A stretch of DNA of 64,000 nucleotides from Anaerohalosphaeraceae bacterium (lineage in GTDB: Bacteria > Planctomycetota > Phycisphaerae > Sedimentisphaerales > Anaerohalosphaeraceae). The notes under the pieces were generated by a model. It worked only from the letters and a program-made list of their open reading frames with translations, searched no databases and was not told the origin of the DNA. Below, in pieces: positions 49,937 to 59,598 of this stretch (its first letter is position 1; the number at the start of each line of letters is the position of its first letter). Made by a program: the position numbers and the translations under genes. Location: the NCBI GenBank assembly GCA_963675525.2, contig CAXXSL010000016.1, positions 672,001 to 736,000 of the forward strand. Reading direction: 5' to 3'.

Positions 49937-52027
49937 TCAACCCTTGAAGAAGGGTTTGGGTTTTTTCTTTTTGACTTTACCGCCGGTTTTGGCGGTGACG
50001 GGGACCTTGCCCATGGATTCGAGTTCGTCTTTTTCCTTGAGGTGTTTACGGATGACCTTTTGCTCGATGATGCCGGCACCGATACTGGTCATGATATACA
50101 GGTTCACACCCGACGGGCCGGAATACAGCATGATGGGGAACATCAGCGGCATCATGATCATCATCATTTTCTGCTGCTGGGCCATCTGCGAATCGGGCTG
50201 TGCGGCGGCCTGCGACGGCATCATCTTCTGCTGTAAATACATCACCACGCCCATCAGGAGCGGCAAGAGGTTAAAGTAATTGGGCACGATCTTTCCAATG
50301 TACGGCAGTGTCTGCATCTTGGCCGCATACGGAATCACAAACAACTGGTCCGGCATCGACAAGTCGGTAATCCACACCGGCAAGAAGCTCGCGCCGCGCA
50401 AATCCACACTGGTATAGACCGCCGTCCACAACGCTATCCAAATGGGCATCTGCAGCAGCATCGGCAGCATCCCTGACACCGGTGAAACGCCCTGCTCGCG
50501 ATACATCGCCATGACCTGTTTGTTCATTTCCTGCTTGTTGTTGGCGTACTTAACCTGGATCTCTTTCATTTTGGGACCGAGCTTCTGCATCTTCATCATG
50601 GAGACCTGGCTCTTCTTCGTAATCGGGTGCATGGCCAGCCGCACCAAAAATACCAAAAAAATAATGACCACGCCATAGTTGCCCAGCGGGCCCATCAGCG
50701 TGTACATCGTGTTCATCAGCCACATGACGCCAAACGCCAGCGGCGCAATGACGGATACCGGACAACAGCAGGCACGAAAATCGATCGTCTGAAAATATTG
50801 CAACGATTTGTAAATCTCGTTCTTTTCAAATATTCGTTTGTCCTTCGGTCCCATATATATCGCCAGTGAATACGATTGCGCTGCGCCATCACTGCCCGCG
50901 GCTTCCAACGTAATTGGCTGGCTGGTCATGTTATACGAACAATTCTGGTCATCTTCTTCGTCCGTTGCGGAAGGATAGTACAGTGCCTTGCTGAATTGCA
51001 GCCACGGCTGGTCTTGTCCTTCGACAGGGACCGGCCGAACGACAGCAGCAAAATACATATTCGTCAGTGCCGACCAAAGCTGCATATCGCCTTTTTTCGA
51101 CTTCAGTAAAAAGTCTTCGGTGTCTCCTTTGTCAATCTTTTTGGCCATTGACGGTGCATCCAGTTGTTCGGTTTCAACGCCGGCCTCACCGGTTCGATAG
51201 GCCAGCTTAACTTTGCGTGCATCCTGGCGAACACCTTCCCGTGAAATACCGCCGGGGCCCTGCACCTGCATCTGAACCTTAAACGCCTTGCCGGAAAGGT
51301 TTTCAACTGTAATATCACACATCAACTCATAGCTGTCGCGCTGAACATTGTACGTTTTAATGACTTTCAATGTTTCGGCTTTGGTGTCGGCATCTTTCAG
51401 CACAGCCTCGAAGCGTACTTCGTCGGCCGAATCCGTCTGAACCAACTGCCAGCTCAGTTTATCCAGGGGGAATGATTTGGTGCCGAAGGTTTTGGCCTCG
51501 GCCGGTGCGATCCGCAGACTCGTATTGGCCAGCGAATAAACCTCCTTGTCGTTATTCGAAAGCGGCGATAACAGTGTCAGCGGATAAAGTACTTTTGTAT
51601 CGGTCGAAGGATCGGCACTCAGAACTTCAGCGGACGCCTCTCCGGCCCTGGCTTTAAACTCGCTCAGAATCACCTGCTTGACAGCAGCACCTTGACTGGT
51701 AAAGACAACCAAAAATTTGTATTTATCGGGATCATCCGTGCGTTTGACGTCTTCGTACATCATGCCCAGGCTTTTTGTTTGGAGCTCGGCATTGGACGCC
51801 GTCAATTGCGGGTACACGATGTTATCGGCTGACGCTTTAGCAATCGTCCGGGTCGTCTGCTGTTGTATTTCAGCAGCAGGCATCTCAGTTTCGCTGGCCA
51901 GGGGGATCACACGTCCCAGCAAATTTTTCGTTTGCTGCGGATGATGGAATACGGCATCGACGATCAGTACGGTACAGAGTAAACAAAAAACAGATAACCC
52001 AATAATAACGCCTGTCTTGAATTTCAT
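49937..52027 (-). CDS. yidC: Membrane protein insertase YidC
   Basis: YMGPK, GNYGVVIIFLVFLVRL, LPMLLQMPIW, WITDLSMPD, SGVNLY. Confidence 0.95.
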   Translation of the reverse strand: MKFKTGVIIGLSVFCLLCTVLIVDAVFHHPQQTKNLLGRVIPLASETEMPAAEIQQQTTRTIAKASADNIVYPQLTASNAELQTKSLGMMYEDVKRTDDPDKYKFLVVFTSQGAAVKQVILSEFKARAGEASAEVLSADPSTDTKVLYPLTLLSPLSNNDKEVYSLANTSLRIAPAEAKTFGTKSFPLDKLSWQLVQTDSADEVRFEAVLKDADTKAETLKVIKTYNVQRDSYELMCDITVENLSGKAFKVQMQVQGPGGISREGVRQDARKVKLAYRTGEAGVETEQLDAPSMAKKIDKGDTEDFLLKSKKGDMQLWSALTNMYFAAVVRPVPVEGQDQPWLQFSKALYYPSATDEEDDQNCSYNMTSQPITLEAAGSDGAAQSYSLAIYMGPKDKRIFEKNEIYKSLQYFQTIDFRACCCPVSVIAPLAFGVMWLMNTMYTLMGPLGNYGVVIIFLVFLVRLAMHPITKKSQVSMMKMQKLGPKMKEIQVKYANNKQEMNKQVMAMYREQGVSPVSGMLPMLLQMPIWIALWTAVYTSVDLRGASFLPVWITDLSMPDQLFVIPYAAKMQTLPYIGKIVPNYFNLLPLLMGVVMYLQQKMMPSQAAAQPDSQMAQQQKMMMIMMPLMFPIMLYSGPSGVNLYIMTSIGAGIIEQKVIRKHLKEKDELESMGKVPVTAKTGGKVKKKKPKPFFKG

Positions 52028-52104
52028 TAAATAATACCCTTAAATAAAGAAACCGCAGATTCCGCGGATTTCAGAGATTTGTCCTGAAATTTGATTTTTA
52101 GTTC

Positions 52105-52881
52105 TTATCGCCCGTCGGCCAACCGGTCGCCTTCAAAGTTGTCCAGTTCAGGGATCGCATAGATCTTTGCGGCTGCAGCTTTGAAATCATACTCCAGCCG
52201 GACAAAGTTCACGTTGTTATCCTCGATATACACATAGCTTGCCCGATTGTCACGGTCGCGGGGTTGGCCAACCGAACCGACATTGATGATCGCCTTTTCG
52301 TCGGGAATGATCGGATACGCTCCGCCCAACTCTTCGGGGCTGTAAAAATCCGGGTCCTCCAGAAACACGCCGGGCAAGTGCGTATGCCCGACAAAGCAAA
52401 CGTGCTTGACCCGCTCAAACAACGCGCTCATTTTACCGGTGGTCGTGTACACATCATCCGGAAATACGTACTCATTGATGGGCCGGCGGGGCGAAGCGTG
52501 TACAAAATCGAGCGTCGCATCCACATCACCCATTTCCAACTGCATGGACCACCGCATTTTCTGGCTGCCCAGATAGCTCCAGCGTTTGTTGCTTTTTTCG
52601 CGGTCGGTTTCTTCCTCCAGCACCTTGCGCGTCCAGAAAGTCGCTGCTTCGGCGCCGGAATTAAAATTCGTCGGTTCGTACAGTGCCGCGTAGTCGTGAT
52701 TGCCCTGTACGCAGTTTTCGGTCTTTTCGATAACCAAATCGAGACACTCTTTGGGATTGGCCGCATAGCCGATCACGTCGCCAAGACAGTAGATCGTCTT
52801 GATGCCCCGCTTTTCAATATCATCCAATACCGTCGTCAATGCTTCGAGGTTGGAATGAATGTCACTGATAATCGCAAACAT
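52105..52881 (-). CDS. Calcineurin-like metallophosphoesterase
   Basis: ISDIHSN, LGDVIGY, GNHD, GHTH, NVGSVGQPRD. Confidence 0.9.
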   Translation of the reverse strand: MFAIISDIHSNLEALTTVLDDIEKRGIKTIYCLGDVIGYAANPKECLDLVIEKTENCVQGNHDYAALYEPTNFNSGAEAATFWTRKVLEEETDREKSNKRWSYLGSQKMRWSMQLEMGDVDATLDFVHASPRRPINEYVFPDDVYTTTGKMSALFERVKHVCFVGHTHLPGVFLEDPDFYSPEELGGAYPIIPDEKAIINVGSVGQPRDRDNRASYVYIEDNNVNFVRLEYDFKAAAAKIYAIPELDNFEGDRLADGR

Positions 52882-53120
52882 AGCCGTCACCTGATATAAT
52901 TTTACGTTACGAACACTATAATATAGTTACCGGAAAAGCCTTATATATCACAAACACCCCCGTCATGCCATGAAAAATTCGAAGCACGAAATCCGAAATA
53001 CGAAACAAATCCAAGTACCCAAAATTCAGAATATTCTTAACCAACTCCGATTTTGGATGTGTTTTTGAATTTATGCATTAAAAAAATCGCAAGTGTCATT
53101 TCAAAAACCTCTTACGCACC

Positions 53121-53828
53121 TTAAAGCGGTTTTTTGGCCTTTGCCATCGCCCCCAGCAGGCAGTCCATGCCGGCAGGTGTTATGTTGTGTTTATGGCGGT
53201 ACTTAGCGACAGCTCCGGCTGCGACGGGTCCGGCCTGTGCCGGGCAAATCAATTCCAGCCCGTCGGCTCCCAGCCAGCTTCCTCGCATCAAGGTAAAGGA
53301 AATCATGAAAAATGAGAATTTCCCAGCCTCCCCTATGTCCAGATGGTCAATATCGAACGGCAGCACGCCCCGCATCGACTCAAAGGCCGACGGCCCGTAA
53401 AGGCCCAGCATGGCTGTTTTTTCGGTCATATCGGCCACGGAAACGGTGCCATTCGCGGCTGATTCGAGTTTTTTTTGAACGATCTGCGTCTTTTCCGGGC
53501 AGGTCAGTACAATAAAATCGCCGTTAAGCCGGAGGACTCGGCACACGATTTCCTCGCCATCGAAAGTTCCTTTAGCCCATGCCCAGGAATCGGCCACAAA
53601 AGAGCCGCTTTTTTCAGGAAAAACACCGTTGAGGATCTCTTTGGTCCGGTCGCCTTTCAGATATAGCCGGCCAAAACTGCAAAGATCGACCACGGCGCAA
53701 TGGGCATCGATGGCCTGTAATTCGGCCTGCGGGTCGCCGAAATCGGCCGGCAGCGACCACCCGGCATACTCACCAAAACGCGCATCCAACTGGCGATGCA
53801 CCGAATCAAAAGGACTGACTTTCAACAT
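53121..53828 (-). CDS. Aminomethyltransferase (GcvT/YgfZ) folate-binding domain protein, short form
   Basis: ARFGEYAGWSLPADFG, VVDLCSFGRL, LGLYGP, GADGLEL; no C-terminal barrel. Confidence 0.7.
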   Translation of the reverse strand: MLKVSPFDSVHRQLDARFGEYAGWSLPADFGDPQAELQAIDAHCAVVDLCSFGRLYLKGDRTKEILNGVFPEKSGSFVADSWAWAKGTFDGEEIVCRVLRLNGDFIVLTCPEKTQIVQKKLESAANGTVSVADMTEKTAMLGLYGPSAFESMRGVLPFDIDHLDIGEAGKFSFFMISFTLMRGSWLGADGLELICPAQAGPVAAGAVAKYRHKHNITPAGMDCLLGAMAKAKKPL

Positions 53829-53849
53829 AAAAACCCCAAATTGCCTTTC

Positions 53850-53877
53850 TGTCATTCCCGTGAAGGCGGGAATCCAG
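53850..53877 (-). repeat. dRS3/REP-like palindrome, copy 2
   Basis: tgtcATTCCCgtgaaggcGGGAATccag. Confidence 0.75.
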
Positions 53878-54066
53878 GTTATTCTCTTTATTTTGTTTCC
53901 TCAAAGAACAACCAGTTTATCAGAAACCAACACCTGCGCCAACCAATTACTAAAGCACCAAATAATATCGCGGCGGCCCTACACTTAAAAATCCCTTTTT
54001 ACATTGCTCAAAAAGCTGGTATAATACCGGCGGTTAATGAATTAGATTGAAATTAGGAGAATTCCT

Positions 54067-54825
54067 TTGGTTGATATGACGCTTTTGGAAACGCAGGGAC
54101 TGGTCAAGCGCTACTCCGGAAGAACGGTGGTCAATGATGTCAACATCACCGTGAGCCAGCGGTCCATCGTGGGCCTGCTGGGCCGAAACGGCGCCGGCAA
54201 GACCACCTCGTTCCGCATGACCATCGGCATGATCATCCCGGACGACGGCAGTGTTTTCTTCGAGGGCCACGACGTGACGAAAATGCCGATGTACAAACGC
54301 GCCCGCCTGGGCATGGGGTACCTGTCGCAGGAACCGAGCGTTTTTCAGCGGCTGACGGTCAAGGAAAACCTGCTGGCGATCCTGGAGACAATGGCGATTG
54401 CCAAGGCCGAACGGATACGCCGGTGCGAGGACCTGATCGAACGCTTCGGGCTCGGTGAGGTGCGCAAAAGCCAGGCACGGTTTTTGTCCGGCGGGGAACG
54501 GCGCAAACTGGAGATCGCCCGCGCGATGGTGACCAACCCGTCGCTGATCCTGCTGGATGAGCCGTTTAGCGGTGTGGACCCGATCGCCGTCGAAGAACTG
54601 CAGGGCGAGATCCGCCGACTGGTTGCCTCCGGCGTAAGCATTCTGATCACCGACCACAACGTCGAGCGAACCCTTGAGGTGTCCGACAAAGCCTATATTC
54701 TCGACCACGGCAAAGTCATCGCCGAAGGCGCTCCCAAAGACATCATCCAGAACGAGCTGGTCAAAAAAAGCTACCTGGGCCATACCTTCCGCGGTGATGA
54801 ATTCGACGAACAGGAAGAAGCATAA
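54067..54825 (+). CDS. lptB: LPS export ABC transporter ATP-binding protein
   Basis: GRNGAGKTT, PMYKRARLGMGYLSQEPSVF, LSGGERRKLEIAR, LDEPFSGVDP, ITDHNV. Confidence 0.93.
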   Translation: MVDMTLLETQGLVKRYSGRTVVNDVNITVSQRSIVGLLGRNGAGKTTSFRMTIGMIIPDDGSVFFEGHDVTKMPMYKRARLGMGYLSQEPSVFQRLTVKENLLAILETMAIAKAERIRRCEDLIERFGLGEVRKSQARFLSGGERRKLEIARAMVTNPSLILLDEPFSGVDPIAVEELQGEIRRLVASGVSILITDHNVERTLEVSDKAYILDHGKVIAEGAPKDIIQNELVKKSYLGHTFRGDEFDEQEEA

Positions 54826-54855
54826 AGAACCTTCCGATTTTATTTTTCCTTTAAT

Positions 54856-55695
54856 GTGAAAACAACTGAGCACAAATCTTCTTTAAAATGGCTTAATATA
54901 ACCTTATGGGTGTTCCTTATTGCCCTGTTAGGACTTTCCGGTTTTCTCAATCTTACCAGTGTTTTATTCTACTCGAAAACCTTTTCTTTATTTATACTTG
55001 TATGTTCGATTGTAATAATTGCAGTAAAATCAATCGTAAAAATACGTATCTTAAAGAAGGAGGGAGCAACGCATAGAAAAACATTATTCGTCGAAATCAT
55101 TTTATCATGCCTCTTCTGTCTATTGTTTTTCTCAAATGCGATCATACCAAAATATAGAATTAAGCAAATAGCACAAAAAGCTCATTTAGATTTACCCTCT
55201 TTTATAACAGTACACTATTTCGAAGAAAGCATCCATTGGGTTGGTTCAGAAGATAGTTATTACATAACAATTTCTTTTCCTAAAAAACACATTATGTCTT
55301 TTACAAAACCCTTTTGGCCGGAAGGTGACCGGTTAACCCAGGTAGTGCCTGACAATGAACGTGAAGGTCTTCCGATACTGACTTGGCGAGATGAATTGCT
55401 CCCTAAAATTAAACTACTTGAGGCTTGGGTAGATAATCCCCCTCCTGATCCAAATCAAATTATTAAAGTACGAGATGAAGTTCTCGGAGAAGGTGGCCGT
55501 CTTCCAAGCTCTTTTGAGGCTTTCGCTTACGAAAAAGACAATACTTTCAGCCTGTGGCAGTGGCTTGGTAGAGACGGTAATGTAAAGCATAAACATTGGG
55601 CAGCAGGGAAACAAACGGGAGGAGATGTGGATTTATTCATAGATATAGAAAAAGAGGATACCGCTACGGCCTATATGGATATCGTTTTAAACTGA
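54856..55695 (+). CDS. Hypothetical AT-rich membrane protein (3 N-terminal TM segments)
   Basis: 279 aa open frame in an AT-rich stretch; no recognised motif. Confidence 0.65.
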   Translation: MKTTEHKSSLKWLNITLWVFLIALLGLSGFLNLTSVLFYSKTFSLFILVCSIVIIAVKSIVKIRILKKEGATHRKTLFVEIILSCLFCLLFFSNAIIPKYRIKQIAQKAHLDLPSFITVHYFEESIHWVGSEDSYYITISFPKKHIMSFTKPFWPEGDRLTQVVPDNEREGLPILTWRDELLPKIKLLEAWVDNPPPDPNQIIKVRDEVLGEGGRLPSSFEAFAYEKDNTFSLWQWLGRDGNVKHKHWAAGKQTGGDVDLFIDIEKEDTATAYMDIVLN

Positions 55696-55875
55696 CCCGA
55701 AATGTCACCAATTGGCTACATTTCGGCCAATCTAAAGCTAGAGTTTATAGTAGCCCGGCTTTGTATCAAAAACAGGTCGTTAATTTCGTTGTTATTATGT
55801 GAAAAATAAGTATAATATTTCGCATGGAAAATATCAGGGCTTAAACGACAGGAAAATATTACCAAAAACAGTATA

Positions 55876-56166
55876 ATGGACTATAGCCGGATTATATTTA
55901 GTGGTCACGCAATTCGCCAGATGTTTCAACGTGTGATTAGCAAGGACGATGTTTTAGCGGTTATCCGGAGCGGCGAAGTAATCATTGATTATCCGGACGA
56001 TAAACCTTATCCGAGTTACCTAATACTTGGTTTCGTTAAAAACAGTCCGTTGCATGTTGTTTTCGCTTTAGACGAAGAAAATCAAATTGGTATTGTCATA
56101 ACCGCCTATGTCCCAGACTCGCATTTGTGGACAGGGGATTTTAAACTGAGGAGAAATAAATCATGA
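55876..56166 (+). CDS. DUF4258 family protein (putative toxin)
   Basis: FSGHAIRQMFQR, GEVIIDYPDDKPYPSYLILG, PLHVV, VITAYVPD. Confidence 0.85.
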   Translation: MDYSRIIFSGHAIRQMFQRVISKDDVLAVIRSGEVIIDYPDDKPYPSYLILGFVKNSPLHVVFALDEENQIGIVITAYVPDSHLWTGDFKLRRNKS

Positions 56167-56387
56167 AATGTGTGATTTGTAGACAAGGTCAAACACATGA
56201 CGGTTTGGCTACGGTAACACTGGAAAGAGGCCGTACCACGGTTGTCATTAAAGACGTGCCGGCCGAGATTTGTGAAAATTGCGGTGAATACTATCTCAGC
56301 GAGGAAGTTACCGCAAAAGTTCAGGGCTTAGCCGAAAAGGCGTTCCAACAGGGCGTCGAGATTGAAGTGTTGCGGTATGCAGCCTGA
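56163..56387 (+). CDS. YgiT-type zinc-finger protein (MqsA-like putative antitoxin)
   Basis: MKCVICRQG...KDVPAEICENCGEYY; ATGA overlap with the DUF4258 gene. Confidence 0.88.
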   Translation: MKCVICRQGQTHDGLATVTLERGRTTVVIKDVPAEICENCGEYYLSEEVTAKVQGLAEKAFQQGVEIEVLRYAA

Positions 56388-56403
56388 CATAAAGGTATTT
56401 CAA

Positions 56404-56928
56404 ATGACTGATTACTCCAACTGTTCGATCACACATTATCCGACGCCGGTGCTGCGGGAAAAGGCAAAGCCCATTGAGGAAATTAACGACGACATCCGCA
56501 AACTGGCCGAGCGGATGATCGATATTATGGTCGAAACGAAAGGCGTCGGTCTGGCCGGACCGCAGGCGGGTGTGAACCTGCGTATTTTCGTGGTGTCCAT
56601 TGACGGAACGAAAGAAAGTGCCAAGGTTTACATCAACCCCACGGTCAAGCCCGAAGGTAAGATGGTCGCCAACGAGGAAGGCTGCCTGTCGCTGCCGGGA
56701 ATTTTCGGGAACGTGAACCGCTACAGCAAATGTACCGTCACCGCGACCGACCTGGACGGCCATGAATTCACGGAAGTTGGCGAAGGGCTGCTAGCGCGGG
56801 CGTTTCAGCATGAATTTGACCATTTGGAAGGCACGATGATTAAGGATCGCCTCGGTTATGCCGCCAAACTTCGTGCCCGACGAAAACTCAAGCAGATGGA
56901 AGAAGAATACGACGAAAATTCGAAATAA
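56404..56928 (+). CDS. def: Peptide deformylase
   Basis: GVGLAGPQ, EGCLS, QHEFDHLEG. Confidence 0.97.
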   Translation: MTDYSNCSITHYPTPVLREKAKPIEEINDDIRKLAERMIDIMVETKGVGLAGPQAGVNLRIFVVSIDGTKESAKVYINPTVKPEGKMVANEEGCLSLPGIFGNVNRYSKCTVTATDLDGHEFTEVGEGLLARAFQHEFDHLEGTMIKDRLGYAAKLRARRKLKQMEEEYDENSK

Positions 56929-56969
56929 GAAACGCCAAACAAATCCGAACATTCAATGTGTCTAAACCT

Positions 56970-57944
56970 ATGCGAATTATCTACTTCGGTTCCGCACAAT
57001 TCGGTATTCCGTCTCTGGAGGCCATCAGTAACAGTCACCATGAACTGGTTGAGGTGTTCACGCAGCCGGCACGGCCGTCCGGGCGGCACCGCAGCAAGCC
57101 GACGCCGACGGACGTGGAATTATGGTGTCATAAACACAACATCCGCTGTCTTGAAGCAGAAAATGTCAACCAGCCTGATATGATCCGCAAAATTGCCGAC
57201 TGTAAGGCCGATTTACTCGTCGTTATCGCATTCGGGCAAAAAGTCAGCCAGGAAGTCATCAGCCTGCAAAAATACGGCGCGGTCAATGTACACGGTTCGC
57301 TGCTGCCGAAGTATCGCGGGGCCGCCCCGATCCATTGGGCGATGATGAACGGAGAAACCGAAACCGGCGTCAGCATCATTACTTTAGCCGACCGGATGGA
57401 TGCCGGGCTGATATTGGCACAGGGGAAACTACCCATCGGCCCGGAAGACACATTTCAAACGATGCACGACAAATTGTCCGAATTGTCTGTGCCGATCCTC
57501 ATGCAAACGATCGAACAACTCGCCAACGGGACGGCCACGTTTACCGAACAGGACGAATCGCAGGTGACATATGCCCATAAACTGCAAAAAAAGGACGGTT
57601 TTATCGACTGGAAAAAACCAGCCGGGCAACTGACCAACCAGATTCGCGGATTGTGCCCCTGGCCCAGTGCCCAAAGTGTCTACGTTTCGGCCGAAACCGG
57701 AAAACACTGGCGCATTACCATTTCCAATGCCCGTGCCCTGCCGCGGGAAAGCAAAACAGGCGATGTCATCGGTCAGCTTGACGAGAATCTGCATGTTATC
57801 TGCGGGCAGGGAGCATTGGAGATCGCAGAGCTTAAACCGGCGGGGTCGGCGTTGATGAGTTTTGAGTCTTTCGTCAACGGGCACAAGTGCAAACCCGGCG
57901 ACTTATTCGTTTCGGCCGAAAAAGCCTTAAACGGAATATTCTGA
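56970..57944 (+). CDS. fmt: Methionyl-tRNA formyltransferase
   Basis: MRIIYFG, VFTQP, NVHGSLLPKYRGAAPI, MDAG. Confidence 0.96.
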   Translation: MRIIYFGSAQFGIPSLEAISNSHHELVEVFTQPARPSGRHRSKPTPTDVELWCHKHNIRCLEAENVNQPDMIRKIADCKADLLVVIAFGQKVSQEVISLQKYGAVNVHGSLLPKYRGAAPIHWAMMNGETETGVSIITLADRMDAGLILAQGKLPIGPEDTFQTMHDKLSELSVPILMQTIEQLANGTATFTEQDESQVTYAHKLQKKDGFIDWKKPAGQLTNQIRGLCPWPSAQSVYVSAETGKHWRITISNARALPRESKTGDVIGQLDENLHVICGQGALEIAELKPAGSALMSFESFVNGHKCKPGDLFVSAEKALNGIF

Positions 57945-59326
57945 TGGCACCGCAACCATTCACGGCCCGAAAAACCGCCTGGCTGGTACTAAACCAGTGC
58001 GACATCAAGCGTCATGACGCATCTGAACTTTTAAATGGGTATCTGCCGAAGACCGACCGCCCCGCACAGGCAACCGATATTGTCTTTGGCGTGTTGCGAA
58101 ACCGAACGGCAATCGACTGCATCATCAAAAAATGCGGCTCTGTCGAACCGGATCACGTTAAGCCGGCCATCTGGAACCTGTTGCGCATCGGGACCTACGA
58201 ACTTGTTTACGCCCCGAAGACCGCCGAGTACGCTATTTTGAATGAAGCCGCCGACCTGGCCCGACAAAAAGGGTCCTCAAAAACAGTCGGCTTTATCAAT
58301 GGGGTCCTTCGTGCGATTCAAAAAAAAATTGTTTTGCGAGAAAGCCCCCTGCCTGAAACAAATAAACAAAAAATAATCCCTCAAAATCCACAAACGGGTT
58401 GTCTGTTTGCGATCGATTTGCTGCCGGGCCCCGATAAAGAACCGGTTAATTATTACAGTACCGCATTTTCACTTCCAACACCGCTTATTTCGCAGTGGCT
58501 CAAGGATTACGGCGAAGATAAAACGACCGATTTGTGTTTTGCGTCCAATCGACACCCCTCTGTTATCCTGCAGCCGAACACGCTTTGCACAACCGCAGAA
58601 AAACTAGCAGATCTTCTTGGCGGTCAGGGCATTGAATGTGAAATAAATGCTGAAAAAACAATGCTTTGTGCCAAACATACCGGCTCGGTTACAAAAATTC
58701 AGGCGTTTTTGGACGGTTTCTTCACGATCCAGGATCCCACCGCCGCCGAAGCGATGCAATTGCTGAAACCGCGACCCGGCTGGACAATTTTCGATCTGTG
58801 CGCAGCGCCGGGTGGAAAAAGTATCGCCCTAGCCATGCTTATGCAGGATAAAGGAACGATCCTGGCCAGTGACAATGACAAAACCCGGTTGCAAAAAGTC
58901 TGCCAAAACGTCAAGCGCATGCGATTAAACGCGATTGAGGTGGTTGAGCCGAAAAATATCGAACAGAAAATTCGAAAACTGAAACACCTCGACGCGATCA
59001 TCCTTGATGTGCCCTGCTCAAACACGGGTGTATTGGCGCGTCGGGTTGAGGCACGATGGCATCTGCGGAAAAACAACCTCAACAGTTTGCTGAAAATACA
59101 AACGCAGTTATTGCGTCGCGCAGCCGCTTTGTGTCAACGCACAACGGCCCTTGTTTATTCCACATGCAGCATCCTGCCCGAAGAAAACCAACAGCAAATC
59201 CAACAGTTTTTATCACAACACACCCCGTTTAGGTTAATTACGGAGAAGCTGACGCTGCCAGCACTGAAAACGCAAAATTTATTTGACCATGACGGCGGAT
59301 ACGTTGCGATTTTACAACAAAAATAA
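57944..59326 (+). CDS. rsmB: 16S rRNA m5C methyltransferase RsmB/Sun (NusB-like + MTase domains)
   Basis: TGATG coupling to fmt; FINGVLR, IQD, DLCAAPGGKS, LDVPCSNTG, YSTCSILPEEN. Confidence 0.9.
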   Translation: MAPQPFTARKTAWLVLNQCDIKRHDASELLNGYLPKTDRPAQATDIVFGVLRNRTAIDCIIKKCGSVEPDHVKPAIWNLLRIGTYELVYAPKTAEYAILNEAADLARQKGSSKTVGFINGVLRAIQKKIVLRESPLPETNKQKIIPQNPQTGCLFAIDLLPGPDKEPVNYYSTAFSLPTPLISQWLKDYGEDKTTDLCFASNRHPSVILQPNTLCTTAEKLADLLGGQGIECEINAEKTMLCAKHTGSVTKIQAFLDGFFTIQDPTAAEAMQLLKPRPGWTIFDLCAAPGGKSIALAMLMQDKGTILASDNDKTRLQKVCQNVKRMRLNAIEVVEPKNIEQKIRKLKHLDAIILDVPCSNTGVLARRVEARWHLRKNNLNSLLKIQTQLLRRAAALCQRTTALVYSTCSILPEENQQQIQQFLSQHTPFRLITEKLTLPALKTQNLFDHDGGYVAILQQK

Positions 59327-59365
59327 CCCTCGTTTCTGTTTCTATTAACAGAAAAATTGGAACCG

Positions 59366-59475
59366 CATTCCACAAGTTTTCCACATGTTCTATTTGCACT
59401 GTTAACAGTCTGTTAAGAACATTTTTTTTTCGTTCGTAAGTGACGCTGTTACTGATACCTTGACAGTGTGGATAA
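59366..59475. promoter_or_regulatory. DnaA box cluster upstream of dnaA (autoregulatory site or candidate oriC)
   Basis: Perfect TGTGGATAA at 59467-59475; TTTTCCACA at 59377-59385; CATTCCACA at 59366-59374. Confidence 0.65.
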
Positions 59476-59598
59476 GAATTTCAAAAAATGCCCGTTGCAA
59501 CGGGCAACCTTCACATCTATTATTGAGCTAACTTGGTGTCAGGCATTAGAAATAAACAACACAGCAACGACAGTGCACAAGACGGACAGGAGTGTTCA

